Of a DNA stretch of 64,000 nt, positions 18,190 through 27,896 are shown piece after piece. The notes below the pieces were generated by a model. It was given only the letters and a program-made list of their open reading frames with translations. It had not been told where the DNA came from and did not search any database. The stretch lies in contig CAXXWC010000021.1 in assembly GCA_963668645.2 (NCBI GenBank), positions 416,001 through 480,000 on the forward strand, read 5' to 3'. The DNA comes from Desulfobacterales bacterium (GTDB taxonomy: Bacteria > Desulfobacterota > Desulfobacteria > Desulfobacterales > UBA2174). Each line of letters starts with the position of its first letter. The stretch's first letter is position 1. Made by a program: the position numbers and the translations under genes.

Positions 18190-18834
18190 TCAGGGCGCCG
18201 TGCGGCAGGCAGATAGGGCCAGGCTGGCCACCAGGTGATCCACGCCGCCGGCAAACATCTCGTCGTAGCGCATCCCCTCGAGCAAGGTGGGTTCCAGCTT
18301 GCGGTAGTGGATCAGTCCGTGGACCGATGCCACAAAAAGAATGGCAAAGAGGCGCGCGTCGATCTGCGCGTCGAAGCTTCCCAGGCGCTGGCCCGTAAGC
18401 ACCAGTTCGCAGATCAGTTCGATGATGCGGGTGCCGTGACGGTCGATCTGCCCTTTCAAAGAGGCTTCGAAGAGCACCTGCGGGGCGGTAAGAAAGCAGT
18501 TGATCACATCGAAGTAGTCGCGGTTTTCACGGGCGAAGGAGAGCATGGCTGCGGCGGCCCGCCGCAGCTTTTCGGAAGGATCGGCGGTTGTCTGCTGGGC
18601 CTGGTCGATGCGCGCATGGAGCAGATCCAGGCCCTCTTGCTGCAGTTCGGCAAAAATCTCCTCCTTGCTGCGGTAATAAAAATAGATTGTGCCGACGCCC
18701 AGCTCGGCCGCCTTGGCGATCTGGTTGATCGAGGCGGCCCGCAGCCCTTTTTCGAAAAGCAGGGTGCGGGCCACATCCAGGATCTGTTGGCGCCTTGCCC
18801 GGCGCTCGCGCGCCTTACGCTCGGCAATTCCCAT
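18190..18834 (-). CDS. TetR/AcrR family transcriptional regulator
   Basis: ILDVARTLLFEKG...SINQIAKAAELGVGTIYFYYRSKEEIF HTH. Confidence 0.93.
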   Translation of the reverse strand: MGIAERKARERRARRQQILDVARTLLFEKGLRAASINQIAKAAELGVGTIYFYYRSKEEIFAELQQEGLDLLHARIDQAQQTTADPSEKLRRAAAAMLSFARENRDYFDVINCFLTAPQVLFEASLKGQIDRHGTRIIELICELVLTGQRLGSFDAQIDARLFAILFVASVHGLIHYRKLEPTLLEGMRYDEMFAGGVDHLVASLALSACRTAP

Positions 18835-18846
18835 CGATAAAACCTC

Positions 18847-19794
18847 CTAAGGCATACGGCAATCTGCAGCCGGCACTGAGAGTTCAACATCCGGCAGCCG
18901 TTGGTGTGAAAAAAACCAGGCTGCCGTCAGACCGGCGATAATATGCCACACCCCCCACCAGGCTACAAGGATTGCCATGCCGCCCAGGCCGTTAAAAAAG
19001 TTAAACACCAGCACCAGCCCGAGGGCCGAATTCTGGATGCCCACTTCGATACACACGGCCCGGCAGTCGCGGATCGGCAAGCGCGCCGCCCTGCCGGACC
19101 AGTAGCCGATGTTCAGGGCGAGCAGATTGTGCAGAAAAACCGCCAGCATCACCAGTCCCACGTAGCGCAGAAAGTTGGACCAGTTGGCGCCCAGGGCGCC
19201 GAGGACGATGATGATGAAAAAGACCAGCGAAAAAATCTTGAACGGCTTGCGCACCCGGTCGGCCAAGCGCGGATACCGTTTGCCGAGGGCCAGCCCCAGG
19301 GCCAGGGGGATGCCCAGGATGAGAAAAACGGTGGTGAACACGTCCACCGGACTGAGGCTGACCTGCTTCAGGATGGCGGCCGTGTTGGGGTTGAGTCCTC
19401 CCCAGATCGCAAGGTTGAGCGGCGTCATGAAGATGGCCGCCGTGGTGGACAAGGCCGTCATGGTGATCGACACGGCGCAGTTGCCCCGGGCCAGGTAGGT
19501 CATGATATTGGACAGATTTCCCCCGGGGCACGCGGCCACCAGGATCATGCCCAGGGCCATGCTCGGATGGGGTTTGAGCACCATGGTCAGCAGATAGGTA
19601 AAGGCCGGCAGCAGGACGAACTGGGCCACCATGCCGATGGCCGGGGCCTTGGGGCTTTTGATGATCTGCTTGAAATCTTCCAGTTTCAGATCGAGAGCCA
19701 CGCCGAGCATCATCAGGCCGATGGCGCAGTTGAGAACCATTAATCCCTGGGGGTTGAAGTTGAGGTGGACCTGATCGATAGCAGCCATTTCCAT
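18847..19794 (-). CDS. Bile acid:sodium symporter (BASS) family transporter
   Basis: AQFVLLP, ACPGGNLSN, IEVGIQNS. Confidence 0.92.
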   Translation of the reverse strand: MEMAAIDQVHLNFNPQGLMVLNCAIGLMMLGVALDLKLEDFKQIIKSPKAPAIGMVAQFVLLPAFTYLLTMVLKPHPSMALGMILVAACPGGNLSNIMTYLARGNCAVSITMTALSTTAAIFMTPLNLAIWGGLNPNTAAILKQVSLSPVDVFTTVFLILGIPLALGLALGKRYPRLADRVRKPFKIFSLVFFIIIVLGALGANWSNFLRYVGLVMLAVFLHNLLALNIGYWSGRAARLPIRDCRAVCIEVGIQNSALGLVLVFNFFNGLGGMAILVAWWGVWHIIAGLTAAWFFSHQRLPDVELSVPAADCRMP

Positions 19795-19844
19795 GGGAAG
19801 CGATCCTCCTTCGGTCGCAAAAGACCGATTCTGCATGCACTGCG

Positions 19845-19883
19845 GCGGGCGGATCGGCGCCCTCTGGCCCCGGATCCGCCCGC
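19845..19883. other. GC-rich intercistronic hairpin
   Basis: GCGGGCGGATC / GATCCGCCCGC 11-bp stem without U-tract, between the ThDP enzyme and BASS genes. Confidence 0.5.
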
Positions 19884-19904
19884 GCGCGGTAGCGGTATGC
19901 CCCG

Positions 19905-21599
19905 TCAGGCCTTGTAGGCGCCGACGTTGGCCAGGGCCATGCTCCCGGGGCTGACGGTGGTCGTATCGGTCATCACGTTGATACAGGCCGTCTTGCCCGA
20001 GGCGAAAGCGGCCTCCAGGGCCGGCCGGATCTGGTCGGGCGATTCGACCAGGGCCCCGAAGCCGCCCAGGGCCTCGACGAGCTTGTGATAATCGACCCGG
20101 CCGATCCAGGTCCCGTCGGCGATGGCATGGCCGATGCGGATCTCCTGGCTGTGGCGGATCATGCCCCAGCCCTGGTCGTTGGAGATCACCACCACGATGG
20201 GCAGCTTCTTGCGGATGGCGTTTTCAAACTCCATGAAGTTGAAGCCGACCGAGCCGTCGCCGCTGATCAGGGCCACGCGGCTTTGCGGGTAGCGCAATTG
20301 GGCCGCAATGGCGTAAGGCATGCCGACGGCCAGAGAGCCGAAGATGCCGTAGTCCAGGTACCGGCCCGGCCGGTTGCAGGTGCGCGTCATCCCCATCCAG
20401 GTGGTCGTGTCGCCGCCGTCGGCCACCAGCACATCGTCTTCGCGGTCCATGAAGCGGTTCACCTCACGGGCCAGGCGCAGCGGATGGATCGGCACCGCAT
20501 CGCTGCTCCAGTCCTTTTCGGCCATGGCCTTGCCGTCTGCGTGGGCCTTTTTCAGGGTTTCGATCCAGGGCGCGAAGCGGGTGCGCAGGCTCGCGGCCTC
20601 TCCCGAGGCTTCCAGGCGGCGGTTGAGCTCGTCCACAAAGGCGCCCACATCCCCCACAATGGGAAGATCGACCCGGCGGTTACGCCCGATCTCCTCGGGG
20701 CAGATATCCACCTGCACCAGGCGCGCGGCCGGGTTGAAGACCTGGCCGAACATGTAATAGAGGCAGACCCGGGTGCCGAGCAGGATCACCAGGTCGGTCT
20801 CCAGGTAAGCGGCAAAAGCGCCGCCCGGTCGGATCGCCAGGGCCCCTTCGAAACAGAGGGGATGATCATCCGGCACCACCCCGCGGCCGGATAAGGAGGT
20901 GAACAGCGGCAGCCCGGCCGCCTCGATAAAGCGTGTCAACGTCTCCCCGGCCGCTGCCTGCCAGATGCCGGTCCCCCCGATGATCACCGGTTTTTGGGCC
21001 TGGCCGATCATCTCGAGCAGCCTGCCGGCTCCCTCGATGTCCACCGGTCGCGAAACCACCTCGGTGGCGGCCCGATGTACGGCGCTCTCGTCGACCTTGG
21101 CGTTGAGCACGTCGACGGGGATCTCGAGGTAGACCGGTCCGGGCCGGCCGCTTTCGGCATAGCGGAAGGCCATCTCCACGAACTCGGGCACCCGTTCGGT
21201 CTTGAAACAGACCAGGGTCTTTTTCACCATGGTGCGGATCACCGGCTCCTGGGTCATATCCTGCAAATCGAGTTTCTCGCGCGTTTCCGTGCCCACCGCA
21301 CCGCAGATCAGCACCAGGGGCGTGTTGGACTGAAAGGCGCTGGCCACCCCGGTCAGGGCGTTTGTAAATCCCGGGCCGGCCGTGACCATGGCCACCCCGG
21401 CGCGCCGGGTCATCTTGCCCCAGGCCTCGGCCATGAACAGGGCCGCCTGCTCGTGGCGCGTGTCCACCAGGCGGATGGGGGTGTTTTCCAGGTACTGGTA
21501 GATGGGGGTGATATGTCCTCCGCTGAGGGTGAAGATCTTCTCCACTCCGTGGTCGACCAGGGTCTGGGCGACCAACTGGCCGCCGGTCATTTTTGCCAT
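19905..21599 (-). CDS. ThDP-dependent enzyme (2-hydroxyacyl-CoA lyase / benzaldehyde lyase / IlvB-like)
   Basis: FTLSGGHI, DTRHEQAA, TAGPGFTN, GDGS...SNDQGWGMI ThDP motif; GGAGG SD. Confidence 0.88.
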   Translation of the reverse strand: MAKMTGGQLVAQTLVDHGVEKIFTLSGGHITPIYQYLENTPIRLVDTRHEQAALFMAEAWGKMTRRAGVAMVTAGPGFTNALTGVASAFQSNTPLVLICGAVGTETREKLDLQDMTQEPVIRTMVKKTLVCFKTERVPEFVEMAFRYAESGRPGPVYLEIPVDVLNAKVDESAVHRAATEVVSRPVDIEGAGRLLEMIGQAQKPVIIGGTGIWQAAAGETLTRFIEAAGLPLFTSLSGRGVVPDDHPLCFEGALAIRPGGAFAAYLETDLVILLGTRVCLYYMFGQVFNPAARLVQVDICPEEIGRNRRVDLPIVGDVGAFVDELNRRLEASGEAASLRTRFAPWIETLKKAHADGKAMAEKDWSSDAVPIHPLRLAREVNRFMDREDDVLVADGGDTTTWMGMTRTCNRPGRYLDYGIFGSLAVGMPYAIAAQLRYPQSRVALISGDGSVGFNFMEFENAIRKKLPIVVVISNDQGWGMIRHSQEIRIGHAIADGTWIGRVDYHKLVEALGGFGALVESPDQIRPALEAAFASGKTACINVMTDTTTVSPGSMALANVGAYKA

Positions 21600-21685
21600 A
21601 GCTTGCCTCCTCGATGGCGCCCCGTGCGGCGCCGTTGGGCGAAGCGCCGTGCCGCTCCGCTTGCGTTGAACCAATCCTTCTTCGA

Positions 21686-22522
21686 TCAAAGTTCCATCAG
21701 CTGGCCGCCGGTGACGTTGATCGCCTGGCCGGTCAGGTACGAAGATGCGTCGGAGGCCAGGAAAGCCACCAGACGTCCCACCTCGGCCGGTTCACCGATG
21801 CGTCCCAGCGGGATGGTCTTGCACATTTCGGCCTCCCGGTCGGCCGGGGTGCAATTGAAAAACTGGGCCTCGAGGCCGAAACGCCAGCGCTCAAGGTCGG
21901 TCATGATCTGGCCCGGGCAAATGGCGTTGACCCGCAGCCCCTCTCCGGCCAGTTCCAGGGCCATGACCTTGGTGAGCATGATCACCCCGGCCTTGGCCAC
22001 CGCATAAGCCCCGTTGAACAGCGGCGGCACCTTGCCGGCCCGCGAGGCGGTGTTGACGATGCAGCCGCGGCTGCCGCGCATCAGGGGCACCATGGCCCGG
22101 GTGACGCGAAACACGCTGTGCAGGTTGACGTCGATGGTCCGCATCCAGTCACCCTCGTCGTAGGTCATAAACCCGTTGGGCACGCCGAAGGAGGCCCCGG
22201 CGTTGTTGCACAGTACGTGCACCCGCTCGAAGGCGGCGCCGATTTGGGAGACCATGGCCGCGATGGCCGCGTTGTCGGTGACATCCACCCCCACGGCCAG
22301 GGTCTGCACGCTGTGGGTCTCGGCCAGCTCGGCCGCGATCTGCCGCAATTGTTCGAGACTGCCGCTTTTGACCTGCCCGTTTTGTCCGCTTTCCTGAGCC
22401 AGGTCCGCCAGGATCACATTGGCGCCGCTGGCGGCCAGTTCGGCAGCGATGGCATAACCGATCCCCGTTTTCTTGCCCGCACCGGTCACCAGGGCCGTCT
22501 TGCCATTGAGATCTTGATACAT
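21686..22522 (-). CDS. Short-chain dehydrogenase/reductase
   Basis: TGAGKKTGIG, NNAG, YAVAK, TGQAINVTGG; AGGAGG SD before 22522. Confidence 0.92.
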   Translation of the reverse strand: MYQDLNGKTALVTGAGKKTGIGYAIAAELAASGANVILADLAQESGQNGQVKSGSLEQLRQIAAELAETHSVQTLAVGVDVTDNAAIAAMVSQIGAAFERVHVLCNNAGASFGVPNGFMTYDEGDWMRTIDVNLHSVFRVTRAMVPLMRGSRGCIVNTASRAGKVPPLFNGAYAVAKAGVIMLTKVMALELAGEGLRVNAICPGQIMTDLERWRFGLEAQFFNCTPADREAEMCKTIPLGRIGEPAEVGRLVAFLASDASSYLTGQAINVTGGQLMEL

Positions 22523-22554
22523 AGCGCCTCCTGTTAGTAAACAATGTTTGTTTT

Positions 22555-22868
22555 TAGAACACTGCTCGACAATAACACTTCGAGAAAAATTTGCAACTCG
22601 AATAATGCTCGGTTTTCGAAAATATCGTTTATCACTTTTCAAGCCGCTTTGTCCCCCTCATTGTCGATTGTCTGAACCACTCTTCCGGTGTCTCCTGGCA
22701 CGTGACGCAACTGCAACTTTCAGTAGACACTTTTCTTAGATTTATAAGCCAATACAGTCGAATCAGACCTATTCATAGAGCCTGGCAAAGGACGGATTTT
22801 ATCTTATTAGCAGGTACACAAATTGCTTGAATTTATCCACGGAATCGAATAGTGCTCGATTATCGAAA
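22555..22868. promoter_or_regulatory. Three imperfect palindromes, candidate TetR operators in the divergent intergenic region
   Basis: TAGAACACTGCTCGA (22555-22569), TCGAATAATGCTCGG (22598-22612), TCGAATAGTGCTCGA (22845-22859). Confidence 0.65.
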
Positions 22869-22892
22869 GGTAAACTGACTTGGAGGTTCTCT

Positions 22893-23873
22893 ATGTTCCG
22901 TCTTTTTCGGCTTCTCCTTCTCCTGCTGCCGGCCCTGTGCGCCTCGGCTCAGCTGCCGGCTCCCGAGGCCGGCGCCGGCCCGCCGCCCACCACCGCAGCC
23001 CCCCGCATCATGCTTTTCGCGGCGGCCGGACGATCCGACGGCCTCTTTCTGGCCTTCGGTGATCACGGCACCGTTCTCACGCTGACTTCCGAAGGCCTGG
23101 CGGCTTCGATCACCTCTTTGCCCGGGGCCCGCTCCCTGCTCGATTTTGCCTGGATCGACGCAAATCGCGGCTGGGGCGCCGGGAGCGGCGGCCTGCTGGC
23201 CGCTACCGAGGACAGGGGAAAGACTTTTCGTATCCTGCAAGCTCCGGTCAGCCGTCATCTTCTGGCCGTCGCCTTCGGCGACCAGCGCCACGGCTGTGCC
23301 GTGGGCGACTGGGGCCGCATCACGGTCACCAGCGACGGCGGAACCACCTGGCAGGACGCCTCTTTGACCGAGGATGTGATTCTGTACGGGGTGGTTTTCA
23401 CCGATGCCCGCAGCGCCTGCGCCGTGGGCGAGATGGGCCGTGTATTTGTCAGCACCGATGCGGGCAACAGCTGGCAGGAGAGCGCCTCGGGAATCGACAC
23501 GACCCTGTTTGGCATCGCGGCCGGCCCCCAGGGCCTGCTGGCCGCCGGACTTGACGGCAACCTGATCGCCTCGGCCGACAACGGCCTGACCTGGACCCCG
23601 GTGCAAAGCGGCAGCGATCGGTCCCTTTACGATATCGCCATTTCGCAAAACGAGGTCTGGGCCGTGGGTGATGCCGGAGTTGCGATCCATTCCGTCGACG
23701 CCGGCCGCACCTGGAATTCGGTGGCCCTGCCGGACGGATCGCCGCGTTCCACGCTCACCGCCGTTGCGCTCGGGCCGGATCCTCAACATGGGGTGGTGGT
23801 CGGAGAGAACGGCACGGTGTTGACCATCTCCAAAGGGCGGCTGGCAGCGCCGGCAGACAGGAGGAAACCATGA
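22893..23873 (+). CDS. YCF48-related / BNR-repeat beta-propeller protein
   Basis: Signal peptide; repeated Asp-box motifs (TSDGGTTW, STDAGNSW, SADNGLTW, SVDAGRTW). Confidence 0.88.
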   Translation: MFRLFRLLLLLLPALCASAQLPAPEAGAGPPPTTAAPRIMLFAAAGRSDGLFLAFGDHGTVLTLTSEGLAASITSLPGARSLLDFAWIDANRGWGAGSGGLLAATEDRGKTFRILQAPVSRHLLAVAFGDQRHGCAVGDWGRITVTSDGGTTWQDASLTEDVILYGVVFTDARSACAVGEMGRVFVSTDAGNSWQESASGIDTTLFGIAAGPQGLLAAGLDGNLIASADNGLTWTPVQSGSDRSLYDIAISQNEVWAVGDAGVAIHSVDAGRTWNSVALPDGSPRSTLTAVALGPDPQHGVVVGENGTVLTISKGRLAAPADRRKP

Positions 23874-26098
23874 ATTTCAGCAATGCCTGGATCGGCTGGC
23901 TGGCCGGCCGCCGGTACCGCGCCTTGGCCCTCTGGCTGCTTTTCACTGCAGTGCTCGGGTTCGGCCTGGGCCGGGTTAAACTCGATCAAGCCGTTACGGC
24001 CCTCTTCCCGCCGGCCCATCCCTACATGCAGATCAACGAGCGCTACAAAGAGATGCTCGCCCAACCGGACCGCCTGATTGCCATTTTGGCCGTTAAGGAA
24101 GGCGACATCTACTCCGCCTCGACCCTCGATCGTCTCCAGAAGCTCACCCGGGCCGTACTCGAACTTCCCGGATGCGACGCGGCCGATATCCGTTCAATCA
24201 CCGAAACCAGCGTCAAACACATGGCCGTTTCGGCCTGGGGGGTGGAAAACAATCCGGTCATGGACCGCGGCATCCCTGAGGACGCCGCCCAAATGGCACG
24301 GTTGCGCCGGCGCATCGAAACCGACCCCTCGATCAACGGGGTGTTCGTCGCCTACGACGGGAGCGCCGCCTCGGTGATGGCCCGCTGGAAAAAAGGCGAC
24401 AAACTCGGCCGGCTCCATGACGACCTGGCGGCCCTGGCGCAAAGCCTGTCCGACGACCGGCACCAGGTCTACTTTGCCGGCGCACCGGCCCTCGGCGCCC
24501 ACGTGGTCCACCGTCTGGGCCAGCTCAAGACCGCCGGCCTGGCCGCCATTGTGCTGCTGGTGGTCTTTTCGCTGCTGGCCCTGCGCAGCCTCCAGGGGGT
24601 GCTGGTCCCCCTGCTGGCCCTGGTGACCACCGCGGTCTGGGGCGCCGGCCTGTGCGGCTGGACAGCCTCGGCCGTCCATTTTCTGACCATCGTCCCGCTG
24701 CTGTTTATCGTTACGCTGGCATGCACCCTGGCCGCCGCATGGGTCCGTGAATACCGGCGCCGTCTTTTCCAGGGCAGCGGCAGGCAAGAAGCCCTGAAAT
24801 GGGCCGCTGCGCGCATAATCCCGCCCACGGCTGCCGGCGTTTTCGTCCTGGCGGCCGCCGGCGCCGCCATGGCTGCGGCCCCGGTGCCGCTTTTGGCCGA
24901 GTTGGGCCGGGCCGCGATCTGCTGGGCAGTGGGCGCCGGGGCCGCCGTTTTATGGACCACCCCCCTGGCCCTGGCGCTGATTCCCTGCGCCTTGCGCCCC
25001 GCACCGGCCGCCGGGATGGCCGGCTTTTGTCCGGCGGGCAGAGCCGCCATTATCCTGGCGCTGGTCCTGGCCCTGGCCGGTGCCTGGACCGCCACCCGCC
25101 TGCCGGCGGGGGGTAACGAGCCGGGAAAGGCCCTCTTTTATCGCAGCTCCCCTTACAACCGCGCCTTTGCGCTGTTCAACGACCGTTTCATCGGCGGCTA
25201 CAACATGACGGTGGTGGCCGAAGGGCGCCAGCCCGGGGCACTCAAGGATCTTGGTGTCATGGAGCTCATCGGCCGCTTCCAGGACACCCTGGCCAGCGAT
25301 ACCGATGCGCGCGCGTGCATTTCGGTGGCCATGATGATGAAGCTCATCGGCCGGATCTATCACGAAGGAAACCCCAAATGGGCCCAGATCCCGGCCGATG
25401 ATCAGGAACGGCTCACCCGGGGCGGGGCGATCAAGATGGGCGGCAACGCCGGCCAGTGGCTCGACGAGACCTGGTCACGCGGTTCGATCCAGGCCATGTA
25501 TGGCAGCGACGACGATGGGGCCATGCAAAGGCGCCTGGAGCGGGCACAGACCTTCATCGCGGCCAATCCATCCGAAAAGGTGGAGTTCATGGCCGCCACC
25601 GGATTCATGGGGACCATCGCCGCCATGAATCAGGCCGGGATCAAGGCCTACTGGAGCGCTTTGTGGACGGCCCTGGCCGCCAGTCTCCTGGTGGCACTGA
25701 TCTGGACCCGCGCGCCGCTTCTGACCGCCCGCCTGGCCCTGTGCCTGGCCGCGGCCGAGGGGGGGGTCTGGCTGCTTATGGGCGCCACCGGCCAGGCCAT
25801 CGGCATCGGCGATGCGGCCGTGGCTCCGCTGGCCGCGGCCTTCGGCACCGCGATCTTCCTGGCCCGCGCCGGCCGCCTGCCGGCGGCCTTTCCGAGCATA
25901 GCCCTGGGGGCCGCCGTGGGGGCATCCCTGCTGATCCCCTGGGCCCCGGTTGAACTGCGGATGTTTTCCGAACCGGCCCGCTGGCTGCTGTGTGCCGGCC
26001 TGCTGCTTGTGGCCGGTGCCGGCCTGCTCGGATCTTCAGCGCCCGCTGGCGAGGGCGATTGCAGCACCCCGGAAAAAATGGACCGACAAGACTTCTAA
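23870..26098 (+). CDS. MMPL/RND-family transporter (divergent)
   Basis: Two periplasmic domains each followed by TM bundles; LFPPAHPY; context with YCF48, DUF1302 and DUF1329. Confidence 0.8.
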   Translation: MNFSNAWIGWLAGRRYRALALWLLFTAVLGFGLGRVKLDQAVTALFPPAHPYMQINERYKEMLAQPDRLIAILAVKEGDIYSASTLDRLQKLTRAVLELPGCDAADIRSITETSVKHMAVSAWGVENNPVMDRGIPEDAAQMARLRRRIETDPSINGVFVAYDGSAASVMARWKKGDKLGRLHDDLAALAQSLSDDRHQVYFAGAPALGAHVVHRLGQLKTAGLAAIVLLVVFSLLALRSLQGVLVPLLALVTTAVWGAGLCGWTASAVHFLTIVPLLFIVTLACTLAAAWVREYRRRLFQGSGRQEALKWAAARIIPPTAAGVFVLAAAGAAMAAAPVPLLAELGRAAICWAVGAGAAVLWTTPLALALIPCALRPAPAAGMAGFCPAGRAAIILALVLALAGAWTATRLPAGGNEPGKALFYRSSPYNRAFALFNDRFIGGYNMTVVAEGRQPGALKDLGVMELIGRFQDTLASDTDARACISVAMMMKLIGRIYHEGNPKWAQIPADDQERLTRGGAIKMGGNAGQWLDETWSRGSIQAMYGSDDDGAMQRRLERAQTFIAANPSEKVEFMAATGFMGTIAAMNQAGIKAYWSALWTALAASLLVALIWTRAPLLTARLALCLAAAEGGVWLLMGATGQAIGIGDAAVAPLAAAFGTAIFLARAGRLPAAFPSIALGAAVGASLLIPWAPVELRMFSEPARWLLCAGLLLVAGAGLLGSSAPAGEGDCSTPEKMDRQDF

Positions 26099-26136
26099 CA
26101 TCAACGGGATCATCAACGGAGGAGGCACGACAAGCG

Positions 26137-27855
26137 ATGAGGGCAAACAGATGGATCAAAACAAGCATCGGCTGGATGTTGGGTTTGCTGCTGGCCGCGG
26201 GACCCTGCGGGGCCATCTCGCTCAACGAAGCCGGCACCATGAACCTGACGGGCAAAATCGAAACCCGCAACACTTTTCGCATCGAGGACTCGGACCCGTA
26301 CCGCTGGCCAAAGGTCGAGGCCGGCGACATGGTCGAGCAGCGCAACACCCTGCAGCTCGAATTCGACCATGACATGGGCCAACTGGGCGATTCATCCTTC
26401 GAATTCAAGTACCATCTCGTGGGCCGGGCCTATTATGACGGGATCTTCGACTACGGTCCGGATGTCTGGCGCAATGTGCGCGACACGAACCCCCAGATCC
26501 GCGATGACATCGACGACCAGAAGACGGACGTGGAACTGCGTGAAGGCTATTTCGACCTGAGTTCCGGGCCGTTTTTTTTGCGCATCGGCAGGCAAAACCT
26601 CGCCTGGGGCGAGACCGATGCCAAGCGGCTCCTCGACGCCATCAACCCGCTGGACAACACCCGCCCCTTTCTTAAACTCGACGACCGCCGCATCCCGCTC
26701 TGGATGGCCCGCAGCACCTACAATCTGGGCTCTTTCGGTTTCTTGAGCTCTTTGAATATCGAAGGCTTCATCTCCCCGTGCCTCGGTCGCTCGGATGACC
26801 GGGTCGGCCCCACCACCGCGGCCGGCTCGCCGTACGCCGTCACCGAAAACCAACCCACCGGGGTGCTGCTCGACACCACCATCCCCTACTTCAAGTCACG
26901 CAGCGTGCCGGACTCGGACCTTTCCGACGCCCGCTGGGGTGTCAGGGTCGGCGGGATCCTCGGCGACAATCTCGGCTTCACCCTGGCCCACTACCGCACC
27001 TACGTCACCACGGCCTACCCGGTGCTGCGGCGCATGCTCAAGAAGACCTTCTCCAATTCGAGCAACCAGGATGCCTATGCCGCCTTGATCAGCAGCGCCG
27101 CCGGCGTGCCGTCAGCCGCCTCGGCCGCAGTCAAGGCCGCCCTGGCCGGCGCCGACATGTCCAGCATCCTGGGCGCGGCCAGCGCGCAGTTCAACTACCT
27201 GGGCAGCCTGGCCATCTTTCCCGAGTACTGGCTCCAGGACGCCGTCTACGAGCCGCTGTATATCACCGGCGGGAGCTTCAACTTCTGGCAGCAGGATCTG
27301 GATGTCGTGTTCCGCGGTGAACTGGCCTACTTCCAGGACGAGCCGTTCTTCGATCCGGACGTCAACTTCAACATGAATCTGGCCAGCGGCGATGTGATCG
27401 GCATTCTTTCCGAAGACGGCACCCTGCCCGAAAGCGACGTCATCCGCTTCGCCTTCGGTCTGGACAAGCTCTTCTGGATCCGTCCCCTGAACAGCTCGAC
27501 CCGCTTTACCGCCGTGGCCCAATACTTCGGCGCCTATATCAAGGACTACCGCGACACCTTCGTCTTTCCGGTGACCAATCCGGATACGGGCAACTACGAC
27601 AGCATCAAGCGCTACGAGCAAACCTTCACCTTCAAGCTGAGCACCACCTACCTGTCCGGCACCCTGGAGCCGGAAATCGCCGTGCAGTACGATCCGCGGG
27701 GCAACTGGGCCATCCAGCCGGCCTGCGAGTACGAGTGGGATATGTGGCGTTTCAAGGTCGAAGGCACCCTGGGTACGGCCAACTGCATGGTCGACACCGG
27801 CGCGGTGCGCGACAAGGACGAAGTATCCTTTACCATCTCTTACCTGTTCCGTTGA
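26137..27855 (+). CDS. DUF1302-family outer-membrane protein
   Basis: Signal peptide, ELREGYFD, RIGRQNLAWGETD, INPLD, C-terminal FTISYLF. Confidence 0.8.
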   Translation: MRANRWIKTSIGWMLGLLLAAGPCGAISLNEAGTMNLTGKIETRNTFRIEDSDPYRWPKVEAGDMVEQRNTLQLEFDHDMGQLGDSSFEFKYHLVGRAYYDGIFDYGPDVWRNVRDTNPQIRDDIDDQKTDVELREGYFDLSSGPFFLRIGRQNLAWGETDAKRLLDAINPLDNTRPFLKLDDRRIPLWMARSTYNLGSFGFLSSLNIEGFISPCLGRSDDRVGPTTAAGSPYAVTENQPTGVLLDTTIPYFKSRSVPDSDLSDARWGVRVGGILGDNLGFTLAHYRTYVTTAYPVLRRMLKKTFSNSSNQDAYAALISSAAGVPSAASAAVKAALAGADMSSILGAASAQFNYLGSLAIFPEYWLQDAVYEPLYITGGSFNFWQQDLDVVFRGELAYFQDEPFFDPDVNFNMNLASGDVIGILSEDGTLPESDVIRFAFGLDKLFWIRPLNSSTRFTAVAQYFGAYIKDYRDTFVFPVTNPDTGNYDSIKRYEQTFTFKLSTTYLSGTLEPEIAVQYDPRGNWAIQPACEYEWDMWRFKVEGTLGTANCMVDTGAVRDKDEVSFTISYLFR

Positions 27856-27896
27856 TCGGCAACCCGGCACGCGCCGGAGAGAAAGGAGATATTTCC

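Noticed and set aside
19905..21599. Calling the ThDP enzyme ilvB
   Set aside because: No ilvN/ilvC nearby, catabolic context, and the LSGGHI motif is closer to HACL/BAL-like enzymes
22696..22715. TGGCAC as a sigma54 promoter
   Set aside because: No GC or GT at the required 10-nt spacing
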